DNA of 58,516 nucleotides from Stylophora pistillata. Lineage: Eukaryota. The notes below the pieces were generated by a model, which worked only from the letters and a program-made list of their open reading frames with translations, made no database searches and had not been told where the DNA came from. Below, one piece after another: positions 46,901 through 58,516 of the stretch; within the stretch, counting starts at the first letter, position 1, and every line of letters begins with the position of its first letter. The stretch is taken from NCBI RefSeq assembly GCF_002571385.2, contig NW_019217849.1, forward strand, positions 276,499 to 335,014. Reading direction: 5' to 3'. Position numbers and translations under genes: made by a program.

Positions 46901-49206
46901 TTCCCTTGAAGGCGTCCTTTGGCTGTGAGAGAGCGATATATCTTTAGCATGACAGCAGAACGCATCGACTCCAATCACTGGAATCTCTTCCTTAAAACCC
47001 AAGCAGGAACGTATCCTGACCGTCCTCAAGAGTCCCGAAGTATTGTTAAGTGTGATTGCAGCTGGAGAAATTACTCCAGAAAATTCTATGTGCGTCAATC
47101 CAAGAAGAATTTAGCTCTTTGATTTGAAGTATCTTCCTTGAGCTAAATTAGCACATCGTCAAGCAGACAAGAATAAATGCAAATTATGATTTGATTGGGG
47201 AATACTAGACGGAAAGTCAACGGCACTTTTTGTTGTTTAGCTCTGACATCCGCTTTCTTCATTAAGCATAACATGCTGGGAAGGCTGTAGAGTAAAGTTT
47301 GGAATAGCATTTCTTTACAATGAATTGAGAAAATGTATGCAAAGAACGAATAGAAAAACGACACAAAAATGTTCCACATATATATTCAAAAATTCTAGTC
47401 TGGCGCTCGGCCAACAGATTCTATTTCTTTGGTGGGTCAACTCAGAAAAAAATGACATATAAGGAAACAAAAGAAGACCCGAGCGACAAGTCGAAATTGG
47501 TGTATCCGGGATTGTATTGGTTTTTCTCTCTGATTGGTCCAGAAAACTCGCGCACTCTCTCAACCAATCAGATGCAAAACTAACCCCAATCTCTACTCGG
47601 GCGCTCGCGTCTTCCGGCGGTTTGGTTGTTTTTACTTTGAGTTCTCATTGGCTCTTCAGGGTATTTCCGTTCTTCTGATCGGCTGTTATAATTATTTTGG
47701 TTTTGGTTTTACGACAGCCAATCGAAAAGCGCTTTATAGATTGTAAGTATGATATGACACTGCATTACAATTAATAAGAGGAGACGTTTCCTTTAACTTT
47801 TGTCAAGTTATGTAAAAGAATTTGTTCATGGAGACTTTGGAAGAACAAAACCCAGTTTGGGAGATTTATTACACACTGAAACGGACATTTTGGAATTAGA
47901 TGTAGAGGTAGGTTTGTAATGACTACTTAAAGTAAATTGTGTACCGTAAAGGGTTTCAAAGCTTACGTTTCGAGCGATAGCCCTTCGTCAGAGCAAATGA
48001 CGTTAAGGGCTAACGCTCGAAATGTCAGCTTTGAAGCTCTTTACGGTGGTCAATTTACTTTATCAACTCAGTCGATAAAACCCAAATTACCTTGTTACTC
48101 CCTTCAACGCAGCACCTCAGTTTCTTTAGGAACTTACCTCCTTTATTTATGAACTATTTAACAAATGGTAAACACCACAGCGTACACTATTGAGTTATGG
48201 ATGCACGCGGGAGGTTGCTAAGCACGAAAGAAGCGTAAGAGTCGCTCGAGGCGANNNNNNNNNNNNNNNNNNNNNNNNNNNNNNNNNNNNNNNNNNNNNN
48301 NNNNNNNNNNNNNNNNNNNNNNNNNNNNNNNNNNNNNNNNNNNNNNNNNNNNNNNNNNNNNNNNNNNNNNNNNNNNNNNNNNNNNNNNNNNNNNNNNNNN
48401 NNNNNNNNNNNNNNNNNNNNNNNNNNNNNNNNNNNNNNNNNNNNNNNNNNNNNNNNNNNNNNNNNNNNNNNNNNNNNNNNNNNNNNNNNNNNNNNNNNNN
48501 NNNNNNNNNNNNNNNNNNNNNNNNNNNNNNNNNNNNNNNNNNNNNNNNNNNNNNNNNNNNNNNNNNNNNNNNNNNNNNNNNNNNNNNNNNNNNNNNNNNN
48601 NNNNNNNNNNNNNNNNNNNNNNNNNNNNNNNNNNNNNNNNNNNNNNNNNNNNNNNNNNNNNNNNNNNNNNNNNNNNNNNNNNNNNNNNNNNNNNNNNNNN
48701 NNNNNNNNNNNNNNNNNNNNNNNNNNNNNNNNNNNNNNNNNNNNNNNNNNNNNNNNNNNNNNNNNNNNNNNNNNNNNNNNNNNNNNNNNNNNNNNNNNNN
48801 NNNNNNNNNNNNNNNNNNNNNNNNNNNNNNNNNNNNNNNNNNNNNNNNNNNNNNNNNNGTGGTGTGCGGAATCTATACATTTCATGGGGATTCGTTTAGT
48901 TCATGCAATAAAAAAAGAGCCCTCGTGAATCACAAAGGCTCTGTTATCCTTCTCATTCCACACAAGACGCATATCACTTTGAAACTTATTGCATGGCCGA
49001 ACATCCGTAATTAGACTCGCACCACAGCAAATGGGTAGATACAGTGAAACCATCGAAAACGTCATCATATTCACTTTTTTTTCTTTTCTTTGCTTGTTTG
49101 TTTTCAGTCTGTGGACGTCGACTGGCCTCCAAAGAAAGACTTAAACAATGTAGAAAACGACAAAAGTCAAATTGTTTCTCGAATACCTCCTAACTTTTAT
49201 ACTTGA
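37979..49206 (+). CDS. PUS10: tRNA pseudouridine synthase Pus10 (catalytic exon probably inside the N gap)
   Basis: Exons 37979-37999, 38196-38309, 39123-39197, 39700-39786, 40077-40111, 40794-40905, 41488-41549, 41808-41862, 42739-42821, 43074-43159, 43413-43495, 43755-43797, [gap], 45058-45190, 45331-45384, 45624-45687, 46270-46313, 46912-47010, 47808-47907, 49108-49206. Motifs CPRC, CVACLGIL, GRYNKYSRTLPQTPW, GRPFLVELINPR, QKTPLRVLHRRPLAVR, TQAGTYVKEFVHGDFGRTKPS, DILELDVESVDVDWPP. Confidence 0.95.
38498..38712. mobile_element. TTAACCCT-type MITE in PUS10 intron 2
   Basis: TTAACCCTTTGATTCCCATG...GACCAAGACAGAATTTCTC...CCAATACCAAATTCTCC...GATCTTGG...GAAAGGGT. Confidence 0.75.
40382..40560. 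mobile_element. CAGGG-TIR MITE with 5-bp TSD
   Basis: TIRs CAGGGCTCTACACTAAC / GTTAGTGTCCAGCCCTG; ACCTG on both flanks. An internally deleted inverted relative lies at 39301-39395. Confidence 0.75.
42244..42542. mobile_element. CAGGGGCGGATCCAGG MITE with 6-bp TSD, nested in another repeat
   Basis: TIRs CAGGGGCGGATCCAGG / CCTGGATCCGCCACCG; ATAAGA on both flanks. The host repeat (about 42150-42720) has an inverted relative at about 47500-47735. Confidence 0.8.
43826..44822. other. Assembly gap (N run); other gaps at 3691-3701 and 48255-48858
   Basis: Runs of N. Confidence 1.
47011..47807 (+). other. U12-type (minor spliceosome) GT-AG intron in PUS10
   Basis: Donor GTATCCTG, branch-like TTTCCTTTAAC at 47787-47797 about 10 nt before the AG, and no long polypyrimidine tract. 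The intron splits the conserved TQAGT/YVKEF motif. Confidence 0.8.
47961..47994 (-). ncRNA. Minimal type I hammerhead ribozyme motif within a Penelope-like inverted repeat (47940-48140)
   Basis: Minus strand GCT-CTGACGA-A-GGGC-TATC-GCTC-GAAAC-GTA-AGC: intact core, stems I and II, palindromic ACGT in place of stem III, NUH = GUA. Confidence 0.6.
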
Positions 49207-49317
49207 GCCGCTGACCAGAGGGTCTGGTCAGCTGTAAACATTTGTCGTTACCTCATATCAGGCAAAATGGCGGAGTACTGTGGAGGCGTTTTGCGTCGCG
49301 ATGAGCCAAAAGAATTG

Positions 49318-49412
49318 TGATGATGACGATAACGTTACGATGATGATGCTGATGATGACGATGACAATAATGATGATGACGATTACTAAGTGCTATAACG
49401 ATAATAATAATT
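49318..49412. repeat. Degenerate (GAT/AAT)n microsatellite between the convergent PUS10 and SDR genes
   Basis: TGATGATGACGATAACG...GATGATGACGATGACAATAATGATGATGAC. Confidence 0.7.
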
Positions 49413-50012
49413 GCATAATGCCATGAGAATAGTATCATCGAGCATTTGCAAATGAGGCTGTAACTGGGAATACAGATTTGCTCGCAGAGCAAGCTCTCAT
49501 GAATAAGACGCTCATTAATTGTTTACCGTTAAAACGAATCAGATGACTTATTTGCTAAGATAATTTTTTTTATTTTTGATACTTGAAACACCCATACAAC
49601 AGTCAGACCTGTTGTTTACTTTCCCGTCTGGAAAATGCGTATTAGAAAATCATACTTGCAGACGTCCAAAGGACAACAACACTGTTCTTGTCACGGTATT
49701 CGGGTTTTGCTCATAGTTTGGGTAAATAAGTCTTATTACGAGACAGTCAAACGTGCAAATACTCAGTGATCTGGCTAAATGAGGGAATTCCCATTTTCTA
49801 TCCAAAAATATGAGCTTACTACCTTATGGCTCGTCTACGTACCTCATAACTAGTCTAGTGATTATACCGTAACTTAACAGCTTAACGTGATCATATATCA
49901 TACATCTAGTCTAAATTTCTATGCCGTGACGTTAATCAGCCCAACTTGACAGCCCAGCGTGATCATAAACAAGTGAGACTGTAACGTAATCGCTGAGCGC
50001 GACAGCCTACAG

Positions 50013-52043
50013 CTAGTTAGCAGCAGTGCTCTGTTGGTTTTTCATTTCCTTATATTTTGGTGTTGCTTTGACAAAACCGCTGTCAATCAGACTGTACGCC
50101 ATGTCAACTACGGTGGTCTTAGCGTCACGAAACTGAAATCCAAAATCTTCTCTTATCTTCAGAAAGAAAGGAGAATAAGAAAATAGATAAGTGAGATTTA
50201 TAGTGGATGCGGGGTTTAAGACACGATGGCCCTCCGCGCTGGACTCCGCGTCTAGAGGTCTGGGTTTGGAGACTTGGCTAGGTGATAATGTTGGGTTCTT
50301 TGGCGACATTGACGAGTTACTCCCACAATGCCTCTCTCCACTCAGGAGTAAAAGGGGGTACCTGCGAATTGTCGGGGAAGCCTGATGAAATGAGGGGGGG
50401 GGGGGGTAACCTTTCCCATCTAAAGGGACGTCAGTTTAACGTGCTAGGGAAACCGATGTAAGTACGGGCTAGTTGGGCCACTTGGCTCGGTTACAAAGTT
50501 AATCTTATCACAGGCGTTTGAATTTCACGCGATAAAAGAACAAGATTGCGAATCTTGCGCTCTTGCCACTCGACCACGCCAACGACTCGTACAGCTTGTC
50601 ACACATGAAACTACAGTCGAACCTTCCGCCAGCACCCCCTTAAAAAAAATACTGGTCGCAAAGAGACGTTCGAGTTATAATCAACAACCCTCTGCCTCTC
50701 CACACAATATTTTACCTTTTTCATCACCAACATTCACTTTGCGCATGTGCAAAAAAAATTTGAGAGGCTAGGGCGAGAAACAAATTTTTGAAGTCCTTCT
50801 CAACTTTCCCTTTGAGGTGATTCAACGGGTGAACCATATACACAATCGTTCAGTATCCCTCTAACATTCTCGCCAATTTACTTGTACTTTCAGTTACCTT
50901 AGTGTTGTCCAACTTCACTTCTTTGTCCAGAACAGGTACAATCATCTTCAATGTGGGATCAAACCATGATCCAATCTTTAAAATGAAATTTGGGGCTATT
51001 TTGGTGGGAACGCAGTAACCTGTGACAAAGAAGCACGTGGTTAGCTCTAGACAATACTCTTATGTATTTCCCTAACTTCAGAAAAAAAAATCAGAAAAAG
51101 AAGCCTGATAAAAATTTAAGCTTTGACGGAATTCAAAGGCAGGGCTCCCAGATACTCGCGCTACAACGAACATGGCCACTGAGCCACGTTAGGAGCGAGG
51201 CACATTTTAGAGCGTTGATCTATCCTGCAACAATCTCCAGCCCAGGCTCATTTTGGATCAGCGGTATGGTCAGTCATGATTTGGCGTCCATACTGCTGAC
51301 AAGGAGCCAAAATGACCCTGGGCTCAAAATTGATTCTGTTAGGGAATCACCTTTTTTAAGGCAAAAGATTTCCTTTGACCCATGAATTAAAAAAATGAAG
51401 GAAGGAAAGGATCGTCGCAGGTGGACTGAAATTTATATACGCAATTCTCGGTGTTTCTTTCAACTAACCGAAGCTCATTCAACTCACCAACTTACCGTTT
51501 GTTCAACTTACCGAGAGGTCTAAACTCGTCATCAAGCATCTTTGCCATGTCGTCCCACCAAAAGCAAACAGAGATCGTGACATATCTGTTACCTGCAGGA
51601 AAGAAAACAACAAAACGGAAACTTGGACAGCTTGGAATTGTATATATCTCCCTTGGCAATGCCTTTCTTGACGCCTACTCTGGTAATGTAGATGGCCTGG
51701 CGCGACCCTGAATACTTATATGTTTAGGTTGGTATGAATACCCAGAACTTCTGTGCAAGAATGCACCAACAATTACCCACATGTCTCAGCGTCATGAGGA
51801 GAGTTGTTTGTCAGTCAAGGGCACTTGTTCAGTCTTGTGGCTAGTCGATTGGTCTAACTCTTATTTAGGGAGACTGATTGGAAATTACACATGTTGGCTT
51901 TTGCTTTTTACCTACTTTGATACCTTTTTCAGGTAGTACGGGTGCGGAGAACGCCCGAAAAACGTTCTACCTCCAACTCCCGTATAACTGCAATTTTTCA
52001 TTATAGTAGAGAGGACATATTTAACAATTATTCCACGAGCGCA

Positions 52044-52077
<34 letters not shown>

Positions 52078-52141
52078 TAGCCGAGTTGGCTATAATCATC
52101 TCATATCTAACAAGCGCGAGTGGAATAATTGTTTTATTAAA

Positions 52142-52179
<38 letters not shown>

Positions 52180-52221
52180 CTATTTTGTAAGAAGAAACCG
52201 GATGTTACAATGTACAGATAT

Positions 52222-52287
<66 letters not shown>

Positions 52288-55200
52288 CCCAATGATCCAG
52301 TTTTTAATAAAGTCAAATAATTGGATACAAATGGCGCGAGGATTTTGACTCATATGGAGGGAGAGGCATCAAAGGTTAGTTTCCCAAGAGGGGGTATGAC
52401 CCATTGCTCTTACCTGGCGCTTTCGGTGACGTCATAGCCGTGATGTGTGCTGCTGCAACATCTCTGACGTCAACTATTCCAAGGGAAAGCTTGGGCAACA
52501 TTGGCATCTCACGGTTAAGGAGGCGCCTGTGAATCTGAAAAAAGGATGAAGTCTTAATCGAGCGATTTTGGATAGCCCTCTTTCGGTATTCGGTATAACT
52601 CGATGAGGTTATGGATTTGAGGAAAAGGGAAGAACAAGAATACTTCAATCTTTGAACAGTACATGCGGGATGCCTCAAAATATTACTTCAATGAATGAAT
52701 TTCAAGTCAAATTCGTTACCAACCAGCTAATGTTATTTGTGTACCTCTATACTTGTGCAGTTAGATCCGTGCAACACTGGTCCCAGGATAAGCCCAGGAT
52801 TGATACAACAGAGTTCAAACTTCTCATCATCTGTCAACAAAACAGGTGGGAAAGGAACAGCGTGCCGTCAGAAATGGGCTTTTATTGTTCCTTTCAACCT
52901 ATGCTTCTCTTATTCGACCCTAGCATGTTTTCTGTAGCTTACCTTATCCTTTCAATCAACACTGTGATTTCCTTACAAAAAAAAAAAACATGACGTCGGC
53001 TCTAGTCTAAAAAAGCAACTGTAATCCGGGAAAGGAGCAGGCGATGAAAGAAGTAGGAGTGCAGGAGCAATGGAGCCAGCCCTTCGTAGAGCCCTAAAAT
53101 TCCCTCTATCCTTTTTAAAACCAATTTTTTTAAAGGAAATTTATGAAATTTTTTTAATAGGTATGATATCGATATTCATACAATGCAGTCGCTCCAAATT
53201 TCTTGTCAGTGCAAGGCAATAAAAATGCGAATTCTGTCGAAACTTTTTTTTCTGTAATCAAAGAACACTACTGACTTACAATTTTTACATAAACTACAGT
53301 AAGGATACTTACACAGAAGTTCTCTACACACAGCCTAGACTGCATTACAATACTTAAAATTATGGTACTTACACTACTTAAAGTTACGCGTTTACGACTA
53401 GCATGAGGCCTGACCTGGTAAGTTCTTGACTAGTTCCCAAGCTGCTCTCTCTGCCCTCAACTTGCTCTTCTCATAAGGGATGCTGTTTTCCTCAGATGCC
53501 CAGTCTTCCTCATTAAAGACATGGTCTTCACCAGCACGCCCAGCTGGTGTTGTAAGAAATATAAAAACACATTTGTACCATCATGTTTTACACTGCGAAA
53601 GACTCAGTTAGGGGGTGATGAAATGAAAGGTGTTGGTTCGTTCACCTGAGCTAGCCTCATCTCCTGATACAGCTTTAATCTTGCGATTGCCAAAACAGAG
53701 TTAATCAGGTTCCTGTTTATCGACCGTTCCCATATCATAACCTTACGGGCCTGTAGCCATTATTGTAATCTAAATCTAGGGAATTTTAATGCAGGTCTTA
53801 GCTAAAGAGTAAACCAGGCTGTTTCATTCGCTGATATTTACAATGTTTGAATTTCAAACTATGAATATAGTTTATATCTGACCACTTGCAGCCCAGAGGC
53901 TGAATTACGGGTGCAGTGTAAGGTTGAGAACAGACGTCAGCATATCAGGCGCCTCTGGCAGCCGCTTCAGTCTATCGATCTCACCTTCCCACCCATCCCA
54001 CCCCAGGGGAGGACATCCATCACACAGTAATCTCGTGTGTGGGAAATTAACGTCTCCTACCCCAACCCTGCAGGAGACGGGACCTCCATTTATTCGTCCC
54101 TATCCGAGAAGACTAGAATATCTAACCATTTCTTGATGTTATAGAAAGGTAGCAAATTCTTCTCAATTATTTTAAGACCTTGAGTGTTGGTCCGGCCGGG
54201 GCTCGAACCCTCGACCTCCCGCACAACAGTCCAGCGCTCTATCCATTGAGCTAACCGGGAGGGGGTTAATATNATAATTTAATAACCATAATAACTATCA
54301 ATAATATCGATCTTAAATGTAAAAACTGAAGGCTGGCCAAGAAAGCCTTTCAGCGATTACTGCATCCACTCTCTTACCATAGACTGCAGCACAGGAACTT
54401 GTGAGTACAACCCTTTTTACACCGCCCTTGGTTTTGGCGCAGGCTTCAAGCACGTTCTTCGTTCCATCCACTGCGGGTCCGATCACCTCCATTTCATCAG
54501 TTGGATTTGTAGCCGGGAAGGGAGATGCCACATGAATCACATAGGTGCAGTCCTTTACGGCGCTGTAGGAGTCAAAAAAATTAAAGCCTTCAATTAACTT
54601 CTAGAATGAGAATGAAATGAAAGAACAGTACAAATCATAACAAAACAGCCTGGACAAAATATGAGTTCCTATCAGGATTCTATAGACTCAGACTCCTTTC
54701 CCCTTTCTCGGTCAGACGCCTTCTCTTGTTTTTAGTTCTGGTCTTAGAAGAACTCATGGAAAATGTCAGACATGAACGTATCAAATGGCCTGGCTCACCA
54801 AAAGGCACTGTGTGACTCAGTTCTCAGTTGGTAGAGCATCTACACGCAAAATTGAACGCCCGTGGCTCGACCTTTTGCGGAACACAAGTTCTTTACTGAT
54901 CATCTCTTCTTCGACGGCAGGGCACAAAAAATATTATCATTCTTAATCCAAAAATATAAACAGTTTGAAAATTCCCATCTTCCACACTCCGGCAATTCCG
55001 TGGCTCGCAAGTAATGCGTGTACGTGAATGCGGACCTGCCTTTCTAATCCAGTCTTCCTCGGAGAGCATGACACTGCACAACGCATGTGAAAATTACATA
55101 ACCTCGACGAATATGTAGTCGGCACAACACGCATTAAAATAATTTTATTGTTTTTTACGTAAATCGCTTAAGGAAAGGTCAATGGAAAAAATTAAATCCA

Positions 55201-55992
55201 AAACCTGGTGCTCTAAAGGGAGAAAAATTGATTTACGTTTTAGAAGCTACTTTGAACAAACTGATGCATAATATGGAGATTTTGCAAGAATGTTTGTTTT
55301 CTTCCCTCCACTGTGTCTAAGAAAACCTTGAAATTTGAACGTTTAAATTGAAAACAGATCTCGGGCACAAATTCCTGTTTCCTGTCGATAAGGTTTAGAA
55401 GATCAAATGAAATCATATTTTTCGCCAGTGAAACGTCGCACTTACAGTAAACAATTGGTTGATGAAAATCGCCAAAGAAAATAAACAAGGCGACACGTCC
55501 ATGATAAAGCCAGTACGATGCACACATCTCACCTTGCTCTGAACGAGATTTGCATCAGCTCCGCTCAGTAATCAATCCAAACTTCCATAAATTCAGACTC
55601 CAAGAACTAATATTTAATTTTACCGACCAACATGCGGAAATTTTCGGTGCTAGAGCAGCTCAAAGGCTTGCGTGACTAGCGGTGAAGGGGTGTGCCAATT
55701 AATGCTTTTTTTTTTTTTACGCACTACGATACGACCTGCAAGATTATGATCAGAGGAAATTACCGGTGAACTGACATTGATCCAATACTTACTCAATCCA
55801 AGATTCTTTCTTGGTAAGATCCGCCTCGACTAATTCAAGCGCTGAGGACAGCTCTTTTAAAGGCTTGACCTTCTTTTCATTTGTGAGACTTCGAACCGTT
55901 CCTCGCACGACGTATTTCCCTGAGTCAACCAGCTGCTTCACAACGTGCATCGCAAGGAAACCGGACGCACCAGTTACAAGAACTCGCGTCAT
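50013..55992 (-). CDS. NAD(P)-dependent epimerase/dehydratase-family extended SDR (aldehyde reductase / dihydroflavonol reductase / GRE2-like)
   Basis: Exons 55992-55793, 54562-54378, 53543-53415, 52830-52745, 52534-52414, 51592-51512, 51019-50898, 50156-50013. Motifs VLVTGASGFLA (Rossmann), VIHVASP, PAVDGTKNVL, VVLTSS, YEKSK (YxxxK), INPGLILGP, VDVRDVAAAH. No internal stops. Confidence 0.92.
50227..50500 (+). mobile_element. Degenerate copy of the same tRNA-SINE family
   Basis: Similar to 23160-23435 (GCGCTGGACTCCG...GGGTTTGGAG...CACAATGCCTCTCTCCACTCAGGAGTA...GGGGGTAACC...GGGCCACTTGGCTCG). Confidence 0.6.
51231..51332. mobile_element. Hairpin MITE (CAAT...ATTG) with degenerate 9-bp TSD
   Basis: CAATCTCCAGCCCAGG-TCATTTTGG ... 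CCAAAATGACCCTGGGCTCAAAATTG; flanks ATCCTGCAA and ATTCTGTTA. Confidence 0.65.
52018..52140. repeat. Long palindrome (terminus of a palindromic-end element)
   Basis: AACAATTATTCCAC...GATATGAGATGAT..ATAGCCAAC / GTTGGCTATAATCATCTCATATC...GTGGAATAATTGTT. Confidence 0.7.
54085..54262 (-). mobile_element. tRNA-derived SINE (second family), 5' part
   Basis: Minus strand CCGGTTAGCTCAATGGATAGAGCG...GGTTCGAGCCCCGGCCGGACC then GGTCTTAAAATAATTGAG; shares its body with 25990-26225. Confidence 0.75.
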
Positions 55993-57330
55993 TTCGTTGC
56001 TGTTAATTCAGAAGGATGAAGAAGAAGCCTAAGGTCAAATTTAGCAATCGACTGTGCTTATTGAGCGGACTGATAATCAACTTGACGCCTCTTGGGTGTT
56101 TACTCGAGTTAGTCCGGAAGCGCATGAATCGGACTGGATCTGATCATATAGTGGATGGCGGAACATGCGTTAGGCATCGGCACGACCAATGTATGCTAAT
56201 TCCTCATTCAAAATTTAAAAATTTCTTCTTTGAAATAATTGGACCTCCTTGTTAGGACTAAATTGATAACAAAACGAGGTGGCAGTCTGAGACTTGACTA
56301 CAGATAAATGGATCAATCAAGCTGATATGTCAAATGTGATAGTGTCAAGGGTATCCGTAACTATTTGATTCGAAATACACTTTTCTTCGCTTGACGGCCT
56401 CATAAGTTGTATTCCTGCTATAGGTGGTTTGCAAACAATCTCTAGAGACACAGGTAACAATGGCGAAAGGAGTAAGTGCTGGTGGACGAACAAAAGAAGC
56501 TAATGAGATATCTATTCATATGGTGCACGATCCTCGCAGTAGATAGCGCTATTTAAGCAATAGCGAAAATCAGACCTGAAAAAATNAAAAAATATTCATA
56601 TCTAGTTGGCTCCTAAACCCCTGTAAGATTCTCAAAATGGTGCTCTATAATGTAATCTCGGAACGAATGAACGAGACATTCAAAATTCATTGTTATCATC
56701 AATATTAGAGTAATTTATCATTATCGCGATTATTTAATCCAAGGATATGTTTTTGGTCAAATTAGTTAATTTCATCACCGGATAAATCATAATTTTCTTC
56801 TTGCCCCGCGTTTATTACTATCTTTGTTGCATTATTTTTTAATGATCCAGACTTTGAACAATTAGCATCGTGGCGGGGAGGAGGATGAAATCTCTGGTTG
56901 GTTAATCATTGAAAACATAAACTGCATTTGCATAAGTAGTTAAATTGTCACGGAGTAATGACTAAACAGCTAACGCCATTCGCTTTGCTATGCAATAATC
57001 AGATATCAACCGTGGCTTATGAACGAACTTGAATTCTGGACAGTATTTTCTGAGGAATAACATGTCTTTTCTCTCGATTAAACTAAAGTGGAGCGTTTCA
57101 AAAAGGCATTTTTAAAGCGATCGCTTACTCGCTTAGCAACCGAAAGGGAAGGAAATGAGGAGAAAGGTATCGAAAGTACGACGAAAGCTTTCTACATCCA
57201 AAACCGCTGGAGAGATTAATCCGTAGCTGAGTGTGAATGCACCATGGATTTTTGACTCATTTGTTAATTTAAATTACTCTGATGTTCAACTGACATTGTC
57301 CGCTTCGTCGCAAGGAAAATATTATTCACC

Positions 57331-58319
57331 ATGGCGAGGAAGAAGAAAGGAACTTCGACGAGTCGAATCTGCGCTGTTGTTATTATCCTTGTTTTAGCTG
57401 GGACGTTGTTAATGAATATATTATTCATCTTAAGCGCCACTTCTCGAGGTACGTACCAGGAGAAGGAGCCGAAGGAATATGACGACTGGTTCCATAACAT
57501 TCCGCAAATGTCAATTGCACCCGCGGCACAATATTGGAAAAATGAGAAGGAAAGCTCGTTATCTCGTGAAGGTAAGCATTTCAGAGGATGTTCTCGCTTC
57601 TCGAGCTCGAACGTATATATTTATCTTAGTCTTGCGCGCCTTTGAGTCATCCATAAGATGTACAACACATAGATTTGAAGAAAGTTGCTTTGCCTTTGCC
57701 ATCTTTAAATTCAGTTTAATATAGCTTATTTACATATCACAAACTACATTTTGTTATCATTTGAACAAATCAATTTATAGAAGGTCAAAGTATGAATTTA
57801 TTTATAGAATTTAATAACTGCGAGCTGGGCAATATTCGGATGAATTAGGTACAGACGATCGTTTATTAATACAACGCTTTTGCTGGAATTTTTACTTACG
57901 AGTCAAAGTCATCGACGTGGATAGTATAATTTTTACTTAATGTGACACGTCCCGTTAATTTCCTCCGTTATGATGTTGCTACCTAGATTTTAAGTGCTAC
58001 GGTTTTGAAGGTTTCCTATCATTACGCATGGAAAGCGAATGAAATTCTTACTCAATTTTCTATTGATTCTCATACTAAGAAGAGCAAGATTGTGATTGCA
58101 TCGCTCACCTGTTGCAGTGCATTTGAATATTTATTTAATTAAATCAACAATTTACATATAGCTGTTGTTGGTTTTTTACCCCTCTCTTTTTCTCTTCTTT
58201 TCCGTTTTCCTAATCTTCTCCTAGGGAATGGTCTGCTGAGTGTATCACAGAGTAAATATCTAGATTTAGAGGTTTTCTCAAGTAAAGAAAATGTTTCGAT
58301 CACCATTAACGGAAAAAAG
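57331..58319 (+). CDS. POMGNT1: POMGNT1-like type II membrane glycosyltransferase, first two coding exons (gene continues beyond the window)
   Basis: Exons 57331-57571 and 58225-58319. Basic N-tail, TM helix ending LLMNILFIL, then LDLEVFSSKENVSITINGKK, resembling the POMGNT1 stem LDVEVYSSRSKVYVAVDG as recalled. The catalytic domain is not in the window. Confidence 0.65.
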
Positions 58320-58516
58320 GTATGAAAAAAATGTCCTCATTCAGGGTTTAGACACTTAAAAAGCAATATGGCGGAGTTCCTGTGCAGCCTCTGTGGCTAA
58401 CAAAGTTTTTTAGGCCCCTGAAACCGTTATTTCATCGATAAATTATCAGTAGTAAGAATAATAATAGTGTTAATAATAACAATAATAATAACAATAATGA
58501 TAATAACGATTTTTTT

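Noticed and set aside
43737-49014. ORFs of 220-372 aa in the ORF track
   Set aside because: They consist almost entirely of X translated from N gaps.
54190-54262. tRNA-like sequence (possible suppressor tRNA for the TAA codons)
   Set aside because: It runs directly into a SINE body shared with 25990-26225, has no clean cloverleaf and no TTA anticodon; it is a SINE head.

Overview
Eukaryotic, intron-rich, AT-rich animal genomic DNA. The repeat families and gene style suggest a stony coral or other anthozoan (inference). I reconstructed nine spliced protein-coding genes by hand: (1) an uncharacterised ~1324-codon gene (-) with two copies of a CxxC...Cxx(x)C zinc-ribbon-like domain, a Pro-rich region and a long disordered tail; (2) NSL1 (+); (3) kanadaptin/SLC4A1AP (+); (4) intronless GLRX5 (-); (5) sphingolipid delta-4 desaturase DEGS1-like (+); (6) ISCA2 (-); (7) PUS10 (+), with a U12-type intron and one exon probably hidden in an N gap; (8) an extended-SDR aldehyde reductase/DFR-like gene (-); (9) the 5' end of a POMGNT1-like gene (+). 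Eight of the nine sit in four head-to-head pairs. Introns carry many MITEs, tRNA-SINEs, a LINE tail and Penelope-like inverted remnants with minimal hammerhead motifs. The most striking anomaly is that three otherwise intact genes (gene 1, SLC4A1AP, DEGS) each carry exactly one in-frame TAA in the middle of the CDS, and DEGS also has a His>Gln change at a conserved site. All four changes can be explained by a single C>A/G>T substitution each. Sequencing or assembly artefact, or loss-of-function alleles, are the most likely explanations; UAA recoding or RNA editing cannot be excluded without RNA data. No prokaryotic-type system (CRISPR, operon) is present.
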